Origin: a virus
Taxonomy: Duplodnaviria > Heunggongvirae > Uroviricota > Caudoviricetes
Virus record (IMG/VR): IMGVR_UViG_2609459830_000025
Strand: one strand, 5' to 3'
Length of the DNA stretch: 7,590 bases
Part shown: positions 1 to 6,740 of the stretch, in pieces
How positions within the stretch are numbered: the stretch's first letter is position 1
Layout: each line of letters begins with the position of its first letter
Program-made: the position numbers and the translations under genes
Notes under the pieces: model-generated
The model's database searches: none
What the model was told of the DNA's origin: nothing
Seen by the model: only the letters and a program-made list of their open reading frames with translations

Positions 1-1284
1 TTACTTCTTCGCCTCTGCAACCACTTTACTACCCACGCCGCGGTTATTGTATTCCCACATGCGGTTGTAGTTAGTGTCATTCAGATTGCGCTGTATTTCG
101 TCGTTATCATCTACGCTGCCGGTATTACCCGCAAACGGACGATTAGAGATCACCGCATCGGCCCACGGTTTAGCCGTGTTAAAACCTTCGTTGATGGCGC
201 TATCACGGATCACCACCTGACCGTTGGTATTGGCATCAACATCCAGCGAGCGGCCCAGTTGCGCCACACCATCACCGAAAGCATTGAAACGGCTGTTTAC
301 GGCGAGGAAACCGTAGTAAATGTTGGACAGCGTAGCCGGTGCAAACACATACGCTTCTTGCTGAGTACGTGAGTTCACCACGCGGAATTCGGTGTTATCG
401 AACACCACTGCGCCGCGACCAGAAACGATATCCACATCCCCTTCAATGTAGCTGTTGGTCACCAGCGTACGCGGCTGACGATTCGTTTCCAGACGGTTCT
501 GCACACCGCTGTTGGTGACAAAGAAGGTGTTCTGACGACCGAGAATGTTAACGTTGTTAATCTGTACCTGGTCACCATCAGTACGCAGTGCCACCGCCGG
601 ATGGTTACCTGCATCTACGCTATCGCCCAGCGTGTTTTCGATGGTCAGATTTTGCAGTTGCAGGCCATTGTTTTGTGACCAGAAGACCGCAGAGCAGAGA
701 ACACCGATACTGTCGCTGCGTTTGCTCTGGCAGCTATCGTACATATACCACGCTGGTTTACCTGGCATATATTTGCCGCGCGGGTTGACGTCGTGACGCC
801 AGTCGGCAGGGCTCATGCCACCATCAAGGGAAAGCCCAATCTTCACATCAATCGGTTTTTCACCTGTACCGTACAGAGTAATTCCACCCGGAGCGGCAGG
901 GACATATACCGTTCCCTGATACTCACCAGGCATCACGGCAATATACTGGCGCTTGTTGGTACGCTTGATAATTGCCGCATCTACCGCCGCCTGAATCGTG
1001 GTATGCGTTACACCTTGAGTGCCCGCCGGGCCGACAACAAAGTCAGGTTGCGCAGGCAGGGTAATCGGGGAAGGATTCCACGCTGCTGCACCTGGTGTCA
1101 GGGATGCAAAATAGTGTTGAGCATCGAAATTCTGCGCTTCTTTTGCCGACAGAATCGGGCGAGAAGAGGTACCAGGCGCGGTTTGATCAGAAGGACGTTG
1201 ATCGGGCGGGGTTGAGCTACAGGCGGTCAGCGTCACGCCAAAAGCCAATGCCAGCGCCAGACGGGAAACTGAAAATGTGTTCAC
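1..1284 (-). CDS. ybhC: YbhC, pectinesterase-family outer-membrane lipoprotein / putative acyl-CoA thioesterase (host gene flanking attB-lambda)
   Basis: 427-aa ORF on the minus strand with a GTG start at 1284, GGAG Shine-Dalgarno 6 nt upstream, and TAA stop at 1-3. N-terminal lipoprotein signal with lipobox LTAC. Recognised as E. coli YbhC, the gene adjacent to the lambda attachment site. Confidence 0.92.
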   Translation of the reverse strand: MNTFSVSRLALALAFGVTLTACSSTPPDQRPSDQTAPGTSSRPILSAKEAQNFDAQHYFASLTPGAAAWNPSPITLPAQPDFVVGPAGTQGVTHTTIQAAVDAAIIKRTNKRQYIAVMPGEYQGTVYVPAAPGGITLYGTGEKPIDVKIGLSLDGGMSPADWRHDVNPRGKYMPGKPAWYMYDSCQSKRSDSIGVLCSAVFWSQNNGLQLQNLTIENTLGDSVDAGNHPAVALRTDGDQVQINNVNILGRQNTFFVTNSGVQNRLETNRQPRTLVTNSYIEGDVDIVSGRGAVVFDNTEFRVVNSRTQQEAYVFAPATLSNIYYGFLAVNSRFNAFGDGVAQLGRSLDVDANTNGQVVIRDSAINEGFNTAKPWADAVISNRPFAGNTGSVDDNDEIQRNLNDTNYNRMWEYNNRGVGSKVVAEAKK

Positions 1285-1330
1285 AGGTTGCTCCGGGCTA
1301 TGAAATAGAAAAATGAATCCGTTGAAGCCT

Positions 1331-1345
1331 GCTTTTTTATACTAA
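1331..1345. other. attL 15-bp core (common core O), host/prophage junction
   Basis: Exact GCTTTTTTATACTAA. Left flank is host DNA upstream of ybhC; right flank is the lambda P' arm (GTTGGCATTATAAAAAAGCATTGCTTATCAATTTGTTGCAACGAACAGGTCACTATCAGTCAAAATAAAATC). Confidence 0.92.
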
Positions 1346-1370
1346 GTTGGCATTATAAAAAAGCATTGCT

Positions 1371-1383
1371 TATCAATTTGTTG
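1371..1383. promoter_or_regulatory. IHF binding site H' in the P' arm
   Basis: TATCAATTTGTTG matches the IHF consensus WATCAANNNNTTR, at the expected distance from the core. Confidence 0.6.
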
Positions 1384-1390
1384 CAACGAA

Positions 1391-1422
1391 CAGGTCACTA
1401 TCAGTCAAAATAAAATCATTAT
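1391..1422. promoter_or_regulatory. Int arm-type binding sites P'1, P'2, P'3
   Basis: CAGGTCACTATCAGTCAAAATAAAATCATTAT contains three tandem arm-type repeats (AGTCACTAT-like) directly before the int 3' end. Confidence 0.7.
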
Positions 1423-2489
1423 TTGATTTCAATTTTGTCCCACTCCCTGCCTCTGTCATCACGATACTGTGATGCCATGGTGTCCGACTTATGCCCGAGA
1501 AGATGTTGAGCAAACTTATCGCTTATCTGCTTCTCATAGAGTCTTGCAGACAAACTGCGCAACTCGTGAAAGGTAGGCGGATCCCCTTCGAAGGAAAGAC
1601 CTGATGCTTTTCGTGCGCGCATAAAATACCTTGATACTGTGCCGGATGAAAGCGGTTCACGACGAGTAGATGCAATTATGGTTTCTCCGCCAAGAATCTC
1701 TTTGCATTTATCAAGTGTTTCCTTCATTGATATCCCGAGAGCATCAACATGCAATGTTGTAGGGATGGCAATTTTTACGCCTGTTTTGCTTTGTTCGACA
1801 TAAAGATATCCATCTACGATATCAGACCACTTCATTTCGCATAAATCACCAACTCGCTGCCCGGTAACAACAGCCAGTTCCATTGCAAGTCTGAGCCAAC
1901 ATGGTGATGATTCTGCTGCTTGATAAATTTTCAGGTATTCGTCAGCCGTAAGTCTTGATCTCCTTACCTCTGATTTTGCTGCGCGAGTGGCAGCGACCGG
2001 GTTTGTTGTTATATGGCCTTCAGCTATTGCCTCTCGGAATGCATCGCTCAGTGTTGATCTGATTAACTTGGCTGACGCCGCCTTGCCCTCGTCTATGTAT
2101 CCATTGAGCATTGCCGCAATTTCTTTTGTGGTGATGTCTTCAAGTGGAGCATCAGGCAGCCCCCTCCTTATTGCTTTAATTTTGCTCATGTAATTTATGA
2201 GTGTCTTCTGCTTGATTCCTCTGCTGGCGAGGATTTTTTCGTAGCGATCAAGCCATGAATGTAACGTAACAGAATTATCACTGTTGATTCTCGCTGTCAG
2301 AGGCTTGTGTTTGTGTCCTGAAAATAACTCAATATTGGCCTGTATTGCTTCAGTGATTGCTATCCTCCTGTCTCGGCCTAAACCAAACTCTTTACCCGTC
2401 CTTGGGTCCCTGTAGCAGTAATATCCATTGTTTCTTATATAAAGGTTAGGGGGTAAATCCCGGCGCTCATGATTTCGCCTTCTTCCCAT
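1419..2489 (-). CDS. int: Lambda integrase, tyrosine site-specific recombinase
   Basis: 356-aa ORF, near-identical to lambda Int as recalled. Catalytic residues present (HELRSLSARLY with His/Arg, LLGHKSDTMASQYRDD with His and the Tyr nucleophile). Stop codon abuts the P' arm. Confidence 0.97.
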   Translation of the reverse strand: MGRRRNHERRDLPPNLYIRNNGYYCYRDPRTGKEFGLGRDRRIAITEAIQANIELFSGHKHKPLTARINSDNSVTLHSWLDRYEKILASRGIKQKTLINYMSKIKAIRRGLPDAPLEDITTKEIAAMLNGYIDEGKAASAKLIRSTLSDAFREAIAEGHITTNPVAATRAAKSEVRRSRLTADEYLKIYQAAESSPCWLRLAMELAVVTGQRVGDLCEMKWSDIVDGYLYVEQSKTGVKIAIPTTLHVDALGISMKETLDKCKEILGGETIIASTRREPLSSGTVSRYFMRARKASGLSFEGDPPTFHELRSLSARLYEKQISDKFAQHLLGHKSDTMASQYRDDRGREWDKIEIK

Positions 2490-2685
2490 TTCTGATCCTC
2501 TTCAAAAGGCTACCTGTTACTGGTCGATTTAAGTCAACCTTTACCGCTGATTCGTGGAACAGATACTCTCTTCCATCCTTAACCGGAGGAGGGAATATCC
2601 TGCATTCGCGCACCCATCGACGAACTGTTTCAAGGCTTCTTGGGCGTCGCTGGCGTGCGTTCCACTCCTGAAGTGTCAAGTACAT
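2467..2685 (-). CDS. xis: Excisionase
   Basis: 72-aa ORF MYLTLQEWNARQRRPRSLETVRRWVRECRIF..., recognised as lambda Xis. Overlaps the int start by 23 nt as in lambda. Confidence 0.95.
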   Translation of the reverse strand: MYLTLQEWNARQRRPRSLETVRRWVRECRIFPPPVKDGREYLFHESAVKVDLNRPVTGSLLKRIRNGKKAKS

Positions 2686-2711
2686 CGCAAAGTCTCCGCA
2701 ATTACACGCAA
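2670..2711 (-). promoter_or_regulatory. cII-dependent int promoter pI, with cII box TTGC-N6-TTGC
   Basis: On the minus strand TTGCGTGTAATTGCGG (plus coordinates 2698-2711) sits just upstream of and overlapping the xis start, as at lambda pI, whose transcript starts inside xis. Confidence 0.55.
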
Positions 2712-2712
2712 G

Positions 2713-2735
2713 AAAAAGCCGCCATCAGGCGGCTT
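2713..2735 (-). terminator. Predicted intrinsic terminator hairpin overlapping the stop of the 55-codon ORF
   Basis: Minus strand reads AAGCCGCC-TGAT-GGCGGCTT followed by TTTCTTG: a perfect GC-rich 8-bp stem, 4-nt loop and T tract. Confidence 0.5.
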
Positions 2736-2892
2736 GGTGTTCTTTCAGTTCTTCAATTCGAATATTGGTTATGTCTGCATGTGCTATCTGCGCCCATATC
2801 ATCCAGTGGTCATAGCAGTCATTGATGTTCTCTGCTTCGATAACTCTGTTGAATGGTTCTCCATTCCATTCACCTGTGACTCGGAAGTGCAT
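2725..2892 (-). CDS. Small hypothetical protein (lambda orf55-like)
   Basis: 55-codon ORF from ATG at 2892 to TGA at 2725-2727, translating MHFRVTGEWNGEPFNRVIEAENINDCYDHWMIWAQIAHADITNIRIEELKEHQAA. Below the ORF-track length cutoff, found by manual translation. Position after xis matches the small ORF annotated there in lambda. Confidence 0.65.
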   Translation of the reverse strand: MHFRVTGEWNGEPFNRVIEAENINDCYDHWMIWAQIAHADITNIRIEELKEHQAA

Positions 2893-3134
2893 TTATCATC
2901 TCCATAAAACAAACCCCGCCGTAGCGAGTTCAGATAAAAGAAATCCTCGTCAGTGCGAGGATGCTGTTCATTGCTGCTATACACTTTTTTGCTCTCAACG
3001 TAAGCGGTAGCTCATTCTGTTGGGTTGGTGCAGTTGCTTTTAGGAAATGCTATTTACCCCTTAAACGTCGGCTGAAAGAGCTAAAATCCATGCAAAAAAT
3101 TTACGCAATTTTGTGTATTATTGTGCAGTAAGTA

Positions 3135-3737
3135 ATGAGCTATTTTCTGCGCAAAAAATGGATGGTAAATTTGTCCGGGGCAGGAAAAATTTTATGGGCG
3201 CTAAACATGAAAAAAGATTCGTATCCTTATTTGATTTGCATGACAGTTTTAGGCCTGATCTTTATTTTCCTTTTCTTCTGGTGGCGGGCAGATATTTACA
3301 GGGTCACGTTTCTTAATCAGAGTATATCCCACTATTACATTCTGTTTAGCATGGGAATAGCTTTTCTGTTATCTCTGTTTTGGGTTAAGAAGGGGATAGT
3401 AAAACAAAGCGGCTGGAAGAGTCTGTCAGCATACCTTAAGGTTTATGCAGGGATGTGCATATTTGCTGGATTTTTTCTGATTATACCCCTTACAACACTA
3501 ACTTATTTTTTGCCTGGAGAGACATCGTCTTATGTTGCACCGTATCGGTATACTTCCGGTAGTTCAAAAAGTTGTTCTGGAGCTGAGGTGGATGACCCCG
3601 ATCTACATGAGAATATTCGCATTTGCTATCCGTATGGCAATTATGAGTACGATAATATTATCTATGTTGAAAAGAAAATTAATACATTAGGTGCGGTAGT
3701 AACATATGCACAGACCGCGCGTGATGATACTGAATGA
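3135..3737 (+). CDS. Hypothetical membrane protein, 3 predicted transmembrane helices plus a ~75-aa C-terminal soluble domain; cargo gene in the exo-xis region
   Basis: 200-codon ORF on the strand opposite to all flanking phage genes, in an AT-rich segment (about 33% GC in a hand-counted stretch versus about 55% in exo). Hydrophobic stretches YLICMTVLGLIFIFLFFWW, YYILFSMGIAFLLSLFWV and VYAGMCIFAGFFLIIPLTTLTYFL. Start is uncertain: ATG at 3135, 3162 or 3207 (MKKDSYPY...), none with a strong Shine-Dalgarno. Followed by a hairpin terminator. Confidence 0.75.
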   Translation: MSYFLRKKWMVNLSGAGKILWALNMKKDSYPYLICMTVLGLIFIFLFFWWRADIYRVTFLNQSISHYYILFSMGIAFLLSLFWVKKGIVKQSGWKSLSAYLKVYAGMCIFAGFFLIIPLTTLTYFLPGETSSYVAPYRYTSGSSKSCSGAEVDDPDLHENIRICYPYGNYEYDNIIYVEKKINTLGAVVTYAQTARDDTE

Positions 3738-3771
3738 GATAGTATATAGCGGGCAAGTTTTAGTTAATTTA

Positions 3772-3805
3772 TCGAGGTAATATAATTTACCTCGACTCGT
3801 TTATT
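3772..3805 (+). terminator. Predicted intrinsic terminator for the membrane-protein gene
   Basis: TCGAGGTAA-tataat-TTACCTCGA perfect 9-bp inverted repeat, followed by CTCGTTTATTCT (moderately T-rich), 35 nt after the stop codon. Confidence 0.5.
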
Positions 3806-3933
3806 CTGGTATTAATATTTCGCTTTACGATCGATTTTTATCTGATGATATCATGCGGTTTTCATATACTGACTTACTGTCTTTTCTCCGTTAGCGATTT
3901 TCTCCTGCTCAGCGATGATTTTATCTTTGGCTT

Positions 3934-3951
3934 CTAGTTAATTTCGCTCAC
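3934..3951 (-). pseudogene. Remnant of the ea22 start (GTG plus 5 codons, then TAG)
   Basis: Minus strand reads GTG AGC GAA ATT AAC TAG. The GTG overlaps the orf73 stop (GTGA) exactly as I recall for the orf73/ea22 junction in lambda, but the frame stops after 5 codons where the sequence leaves lambda. Confidence 0.4.
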
Positions 3952-4169
3952 TTCGAACCTCTCTGTTTACTGATAAGTTCCAGATCCTCCTGGCAACTTG
4001 CACAAGTCCGACAACCCTGAACGGCCAGGCGTCTTCGCTCATCTATGGGATCGCCACACTCACAACAATGAGTGGCAGATATAGCCTGGTGGTTCAGGCG
4101 GCGCATTTTTATTGCTGTGTTGCGCTGTAATTCTTCAATTTCTGATGCTGAATCAATGATGTCTGCCAT
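3948..4169 (-). CDS. TraR/DksA-family C4 zinc-finger protein (lambda Orf73-like)
   Basis: 73-aa ORF MADIIDSASEIEELQRNTAIKMRRLNHQAISATHCCECGDPIDERRRLAVQGCRTCASCQ... with paired Cys motifs (C-x2-C ... C-x2-C) typical of TraR/DksA zinc fingers. Position in the exo-xis region matches lambda orf73. Confidence 0.85.
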   Translation of the reverse strand: MADIIDSASEIEELQRNTAIKMRRLNHQAISATHCCECGDPIDERRRLAVQGCRTCASCQEDLELISKQRGSK

Positions 4170-4221
4170 CTTCCATTAATCCCTGAATTGTTGGTTAATA
4201 CGCTTGAGGGTGAATGCGAAC

Positions 4222-4245
4222 AATAAAAAAGGAGCCTGTAGCTCC
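4222..4245 (-). terminator. Predicted intrinsic terminator in the leftward operon (possibly lambda tL3)
   Basis: Minus strand reads GGAGC-TACAG-GCTCC followed by TTTTTTATTG, between the orf61-like stop and the orf73 start. Confidence 0.5.
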
Positions 4246-4267
4246 CTGATGATTTTGCTTTTCATGC

Positions 4268-4549
4268 TCACCGTTCCTTAAAGACGCCGTTTAACATGCC
4301 GATCGCCAGGCTTAAATGAGTCGGTGTGAATCCCATCAGCGTTACCGTTTCGCGGTGCTTCTTCAGTACGCTACGGCAAATGTCATCGACGTTTTTATCC
4401 GGAAACTGCTGTCTGGCTTTTTTGATTTCAGAATTAGCCTGACGGGCAATACTGCGAAGGGCGTTTTCTTGCTGAGGTGTCATTGAACAAGTCCCATGTC
4501 GGCAAGCATAAGCACACAGAATATGAAGCCCGCTGCCAGAAAAATGCAT
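4268..4549 (-). CDS. Exo-xis region small protein, orf61-like with altered termini (93 codons from ATG 4549; alternative start at 4483 gives 71 aa)
   Basis: ORF MHFSGSGLHILCAYACRHGTCSMTPQQENALRSIARQANSEIKK... in the orf61 position. An upstream ATG at 4578 in the same frame runs only 9 codons into TGA at 4550-4552. Confidence 0.6.
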   Translation of the reverse strand: MHFSGSGLHILCAYACRHGTCSMTPQQENALRSIARQANSEIKKARQQFPDKNVDDICRSVLKKHRETVTLMGFTPTHLSLAIGMLNGVFKER

Positions 4550-4559
4550 TCAGTGGTTG

Positions 4560-4751
4560 TCATACCAGGTCTCTCTCATCTGCTTCTGCTTTCGCCACCA
4601 TCATTTCCAGCTTTTGCGAAAGGGATGTGGCTAACGTATGAAATTCTTCGTCTGTTTCTACTGGTATTGGCACAAACCTGACTCCAATTTGAGCAAGGCT
4701 ATGTGCCATCTCAATACTCGTTCTTAACTCAACAGGAGATGCTTTGTGCAT
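4560..4751 (-). CDS. Exo-xis region protein Orf63
   Basis: 63-aa ORF. Size, position and overlap with neighbours match lambda orf63. Confidence 0.75.
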   Translation of the reverse strand: MHKASPVELRTSIEMAHSLAQIGVRFVPIPVETDEEFHTLATSLSQKLEMMVAKAEADERDLV

Positions 4752-4906
4752 ATCGCCTCCCGTTTATTATTTATCTCCTCAGCCAGCCGCTGGGCTTTCA
4801 GCGGATTTCGGATAACAGAAAGGCCGGGAAATACCCAGCCTCGCTTCGTAACGGAGTAGACGAAAGTGATCGTGCCTACGCGGATATTATCGTGAGGATG
4901 CTTCAT
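4724..4906 (-). CDS. Exo-xis region protein Orf60a
   Basis: 60-codon ORF from ATG at 4906, overlapping the exo stop (ATGA). The ORF track extends it two codons upstream to ATG at 4912. Confidence 0.7.
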   Translation of the reverse strand: MKHPHDNIRVGTITFVYSVTKRGWVFPGLSVIRNPLKAQRLAEEINNKREAICTKHLLLS

Positions 4907-5583
4907 CGCCATTGCTCCCCAAATACAAAACCAATTTCAGCCAGTGCCTCGTCCATTTTTTCGATGAACTCCGGCACCATCTCGTCAAAACCCGCCATGT
5001 ACTTTTCATCCCGCTCAACCACGACATAATGCAGGCCTTCACGCTTCATACGCGGGTCATAGTTGGCAAAGTACCAGGCATCTTTTCGCGTCACCCACAT
5101 GCTGTACTGCACCTGGGCCATGTAAGCCGACTTTATGGCCTCGAAACCACCGAGCCTGAACTTCATGAAATCCCGGGAGGTAAACGGGCATTTCAGCTCA
5201 AGGCCGTTGCCGTCACTGCATAAACCATCGGGAGAGCAGGCGGTGCGCATACTTTCGTCGCGATAGATGATCGGGGATTCAGTAACATTCACGCCGGAAG
5301 TGAATTCAAACAGGGTTCTGGCGTCGTTCTCGTACTGTTTTCCCCAGGCCAGCGCCTTAGCATTAACTTCCGGAGCCACACCGGTGCAAACCTCAGCCAG
5401 CAGGGTGTGGAAGTAGGACATTTTCATGTCAGGCCACTTCTTTCCTGAGCGGGGCTTTGCTATCACGTTGTGAACTTCTGAAGCGGTGATGACGCCGAGC
5501 CGTAATTTGTGCCATGCATCATCCCCCTGTTCGACAGCTCTCACGTCGATCCCGGTACGCTGCAGGATAATGTCCGGTGTCAT
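4903..5583 (-). CDS. exo: Lambda exonuclease (Red-alpha)
   Basis: 226-aa [43 protein letters not shown]..., recognised as lambda Exo. Start overlaps the bet stop (ATGA). Confidence 0.97.
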   Translation of the reverse strand: MTPDIILQRTGIDVRAVEQGDDAWHKLRLGVITASEVHNVIAKPRSGKKWPDMKMSYFHTLLAEVCTGVAPEVNAKALAWGKQYENDARTLFEFTSGVNVTESPIIYRDESMRTACSPDGLCSDGNGLELKCPFTSRDFMKFRLGGFEAIKSAYMAQVQYSMWVTRKDAWYFANYDPRMKREGLHYVVVERDEKYMAGFDEMVPEFIEKMDEALAEIGFVFGEQWR

Positions 5584-6365
5584 GCTGCCACCTTCTGCTC
5601 AGTGGCTTTCTGTTTCAGGAATCCAAGAGCTTTCACTGCTTCGGCCTGTGTCAGTTCTGACGATGCGCGAATGTCGCGGCGAAATATCTGGGAACAGAGC
5701 GGCAATAAGTCGTCATCCCATGTTTTATCCAGGGCGATTAGCAGAGTGTTAATCTCCTGCATGGTTTCATCGTTAACCGGAGTGATGTCGCGTTCCGGCT
5801 GGCGTTCTGCAGTGTATGCAGTATTTTCGACAATGCGCTCGGCTTCATCCTTGTCATAGATACCAGCAAATCCGAAGGCCAGACGGGCACACTGAATCAT
5901 AGCTTTATGCCGTAACATCCGTTTAGGATGCGACTGCCACGGCCCCGTGATTTCTCTGCCTTCGCGGGTTTTGAATGGTTCGCGGCGGCATTCATCCATC
6001 CATTCGGTAACGCAGATCGGATGATTACGGTCCTTGCGGTAAATCCGGCATGTACAGGATTCATTGTCCTGCTCAAAGTCCATGCCATCAAACTGCTGGT
6101 TTTCATTGATGATGCGGGACCAGCCATCAACGCCCACCACCGGAACGATGCCGTTCTGCTTATCAGGGAAGGCGTAAATTTCTTTCGTCCACGGATTAAG
6201 GCCGTACTGGTTGGCGACGATCAACAATGCGATGAACTGCGCATCGCTGGCATCGCCTTTAAATGCCGTCTGGCGAAGAGTGGTGATCAGTTCCTGTGGG
6301 TCGACAGAATCCATGCCGACACGTTCAGCCAGCTTCCCTGCCAGCGTTGCGAGTGCTGTACTCAT
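5580..6365 (-). CDS. bet: Bet single-strand annealing protein (Red-beta)
   Basis: 261-aa [69 protein letters not shown]..., recognised as lambda Bet. Confidence 0.97.
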   Translation of the reverse strand: MSTALATLAGKLAERVGMDSVDPQELITTLRQTAFKGDASDAQFIALLIVANQYGLNPWTKEIYAFPDKQNGIVPVVGVDGWSRIINENQQFDGMDFEQDNESCTCRIYRKDRNHPICVTEWMDECRREPFKTREGREITGPWQSHPKRMLRHKAMIQCARLAFGFAGIYDKDEAERIVENTAYTAERQPERDITPVNDETMQEINTLLIALDKTWDDDLLPLCSQIFRRDIRASSELTQAEAVKALGFLKQKATEQKVAA

Positions 6366-6370
6366 CCGTT

Positions 6371-6667
6371 TTATACCTCTGAATCAATATCAACCTGATG
6401 GTGAGCAATGGTTTCAACCATGTACCGGATGTGTTCTGCCATGCGCTCCTGAAACTCAACATCGTCATCAAACGCACGGGTAATGGCTTTTTTGCTGGCC
6501 CCGTGGCGTTGCAAATGACCGATGCATAGCGATTCAAACAGGTGCTGGGGCAGGCCTTTTTCCATGTCGTCTGCCAGTTCTGCCTCTTTCTCTTCACGGG
6601 CTATCTGCTGGTAGTGACGCGCCCAGCTCTGAGCCTCAAGACGATCCTGAATGTAATAAGCGTTCAT
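6371..6667 (-). CDS. gam: Gam, RecBCD inhibitor (GamS form, 98 aa)
   Basis: 98-aa [51 protein letters not shown]..., recognised as lambda Gam. The upstream GamL initiation codon (6784-6786) is out of frame in this sequence. Confidence 0.93.
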   Translation of the reverse strand: MNAYYIQDRLEAQSWARHYQQIAREEKEAELADDMEKGLPQHLFESLCIGHLQRHGASKKAITRAFDDDVEFQERMAEHIRYMVETIAHHQVDIDSEV

Positions 6668-6740
6668 GGCCGAACTCCTGAAATAGCTGTGAAAATATCG
6701 CCCGCGAAATGCCGGGCTGATTAGGAAAACAGGAAAGGGG

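Noticed and set aside
545-1316. Plus-strand ORFs of 66-140 aa (545-796, 588-788, 793-1215, 1095-1316) inside ybhC
   Set aside because: They lie antisense to a well-supported 427-aa gene, have no ribosome-binding sites, and have Arg/Cys-rich low-complexity translations typical of antisense frames in GC-rich coding DNA.
1987-2193. 68-aa plus-strand ORF within int
   Set aside because: Antisense to the integrase gene; no independent support.
2943-2962. Perfect 7-bp inverted repeat ATCCTCG-tcagtg-CGAGGAT near the left cassette boundary, a possible minus-strand terminator
   Set aside because: The downstream tract on the minus strand (TTCTTTTATCTG) is only moderately T-rich and a terminator here would block leftward transcription into xis and int. 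It may just be a recombination-boundary palindrome, so I did not call it.
2554-3010. ORFs 2554-2907 (+), 2640-2825 (+), 2799-2984 (-) and 2822-3010 (+) overlapping xis and the 55-codon ORF
   Set aside because: They overlap the recognised xis and orf55 frames, and the terminator/pI region; translations are not protein-like. The manually found 2725-2892 ORF explains the coding signal here.
3113-3316. 67-aa plus-strand ORF in another frame overlapping the start of the membrane-protein gene
   Set aside because: Fully contained within the 200-codon ORF's span in a different frame; the longer frame with clear TM helices is the better model.
4496-6724. Plus-strand and alternate-frame ORFs across orf61 to gam (for example 4703-5029, 4912-5223, 5486-5752, 5509-5859, 5928-6398, 6211-6483, 6542-6724, and minus-strand 5897-6130, 6325-6597)
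   Set aside because: All lie antisense to or out of frame with exo, bet and gam, which are recognised with high confidence; long antisense open frames are expected in GC-rich coding sequence.
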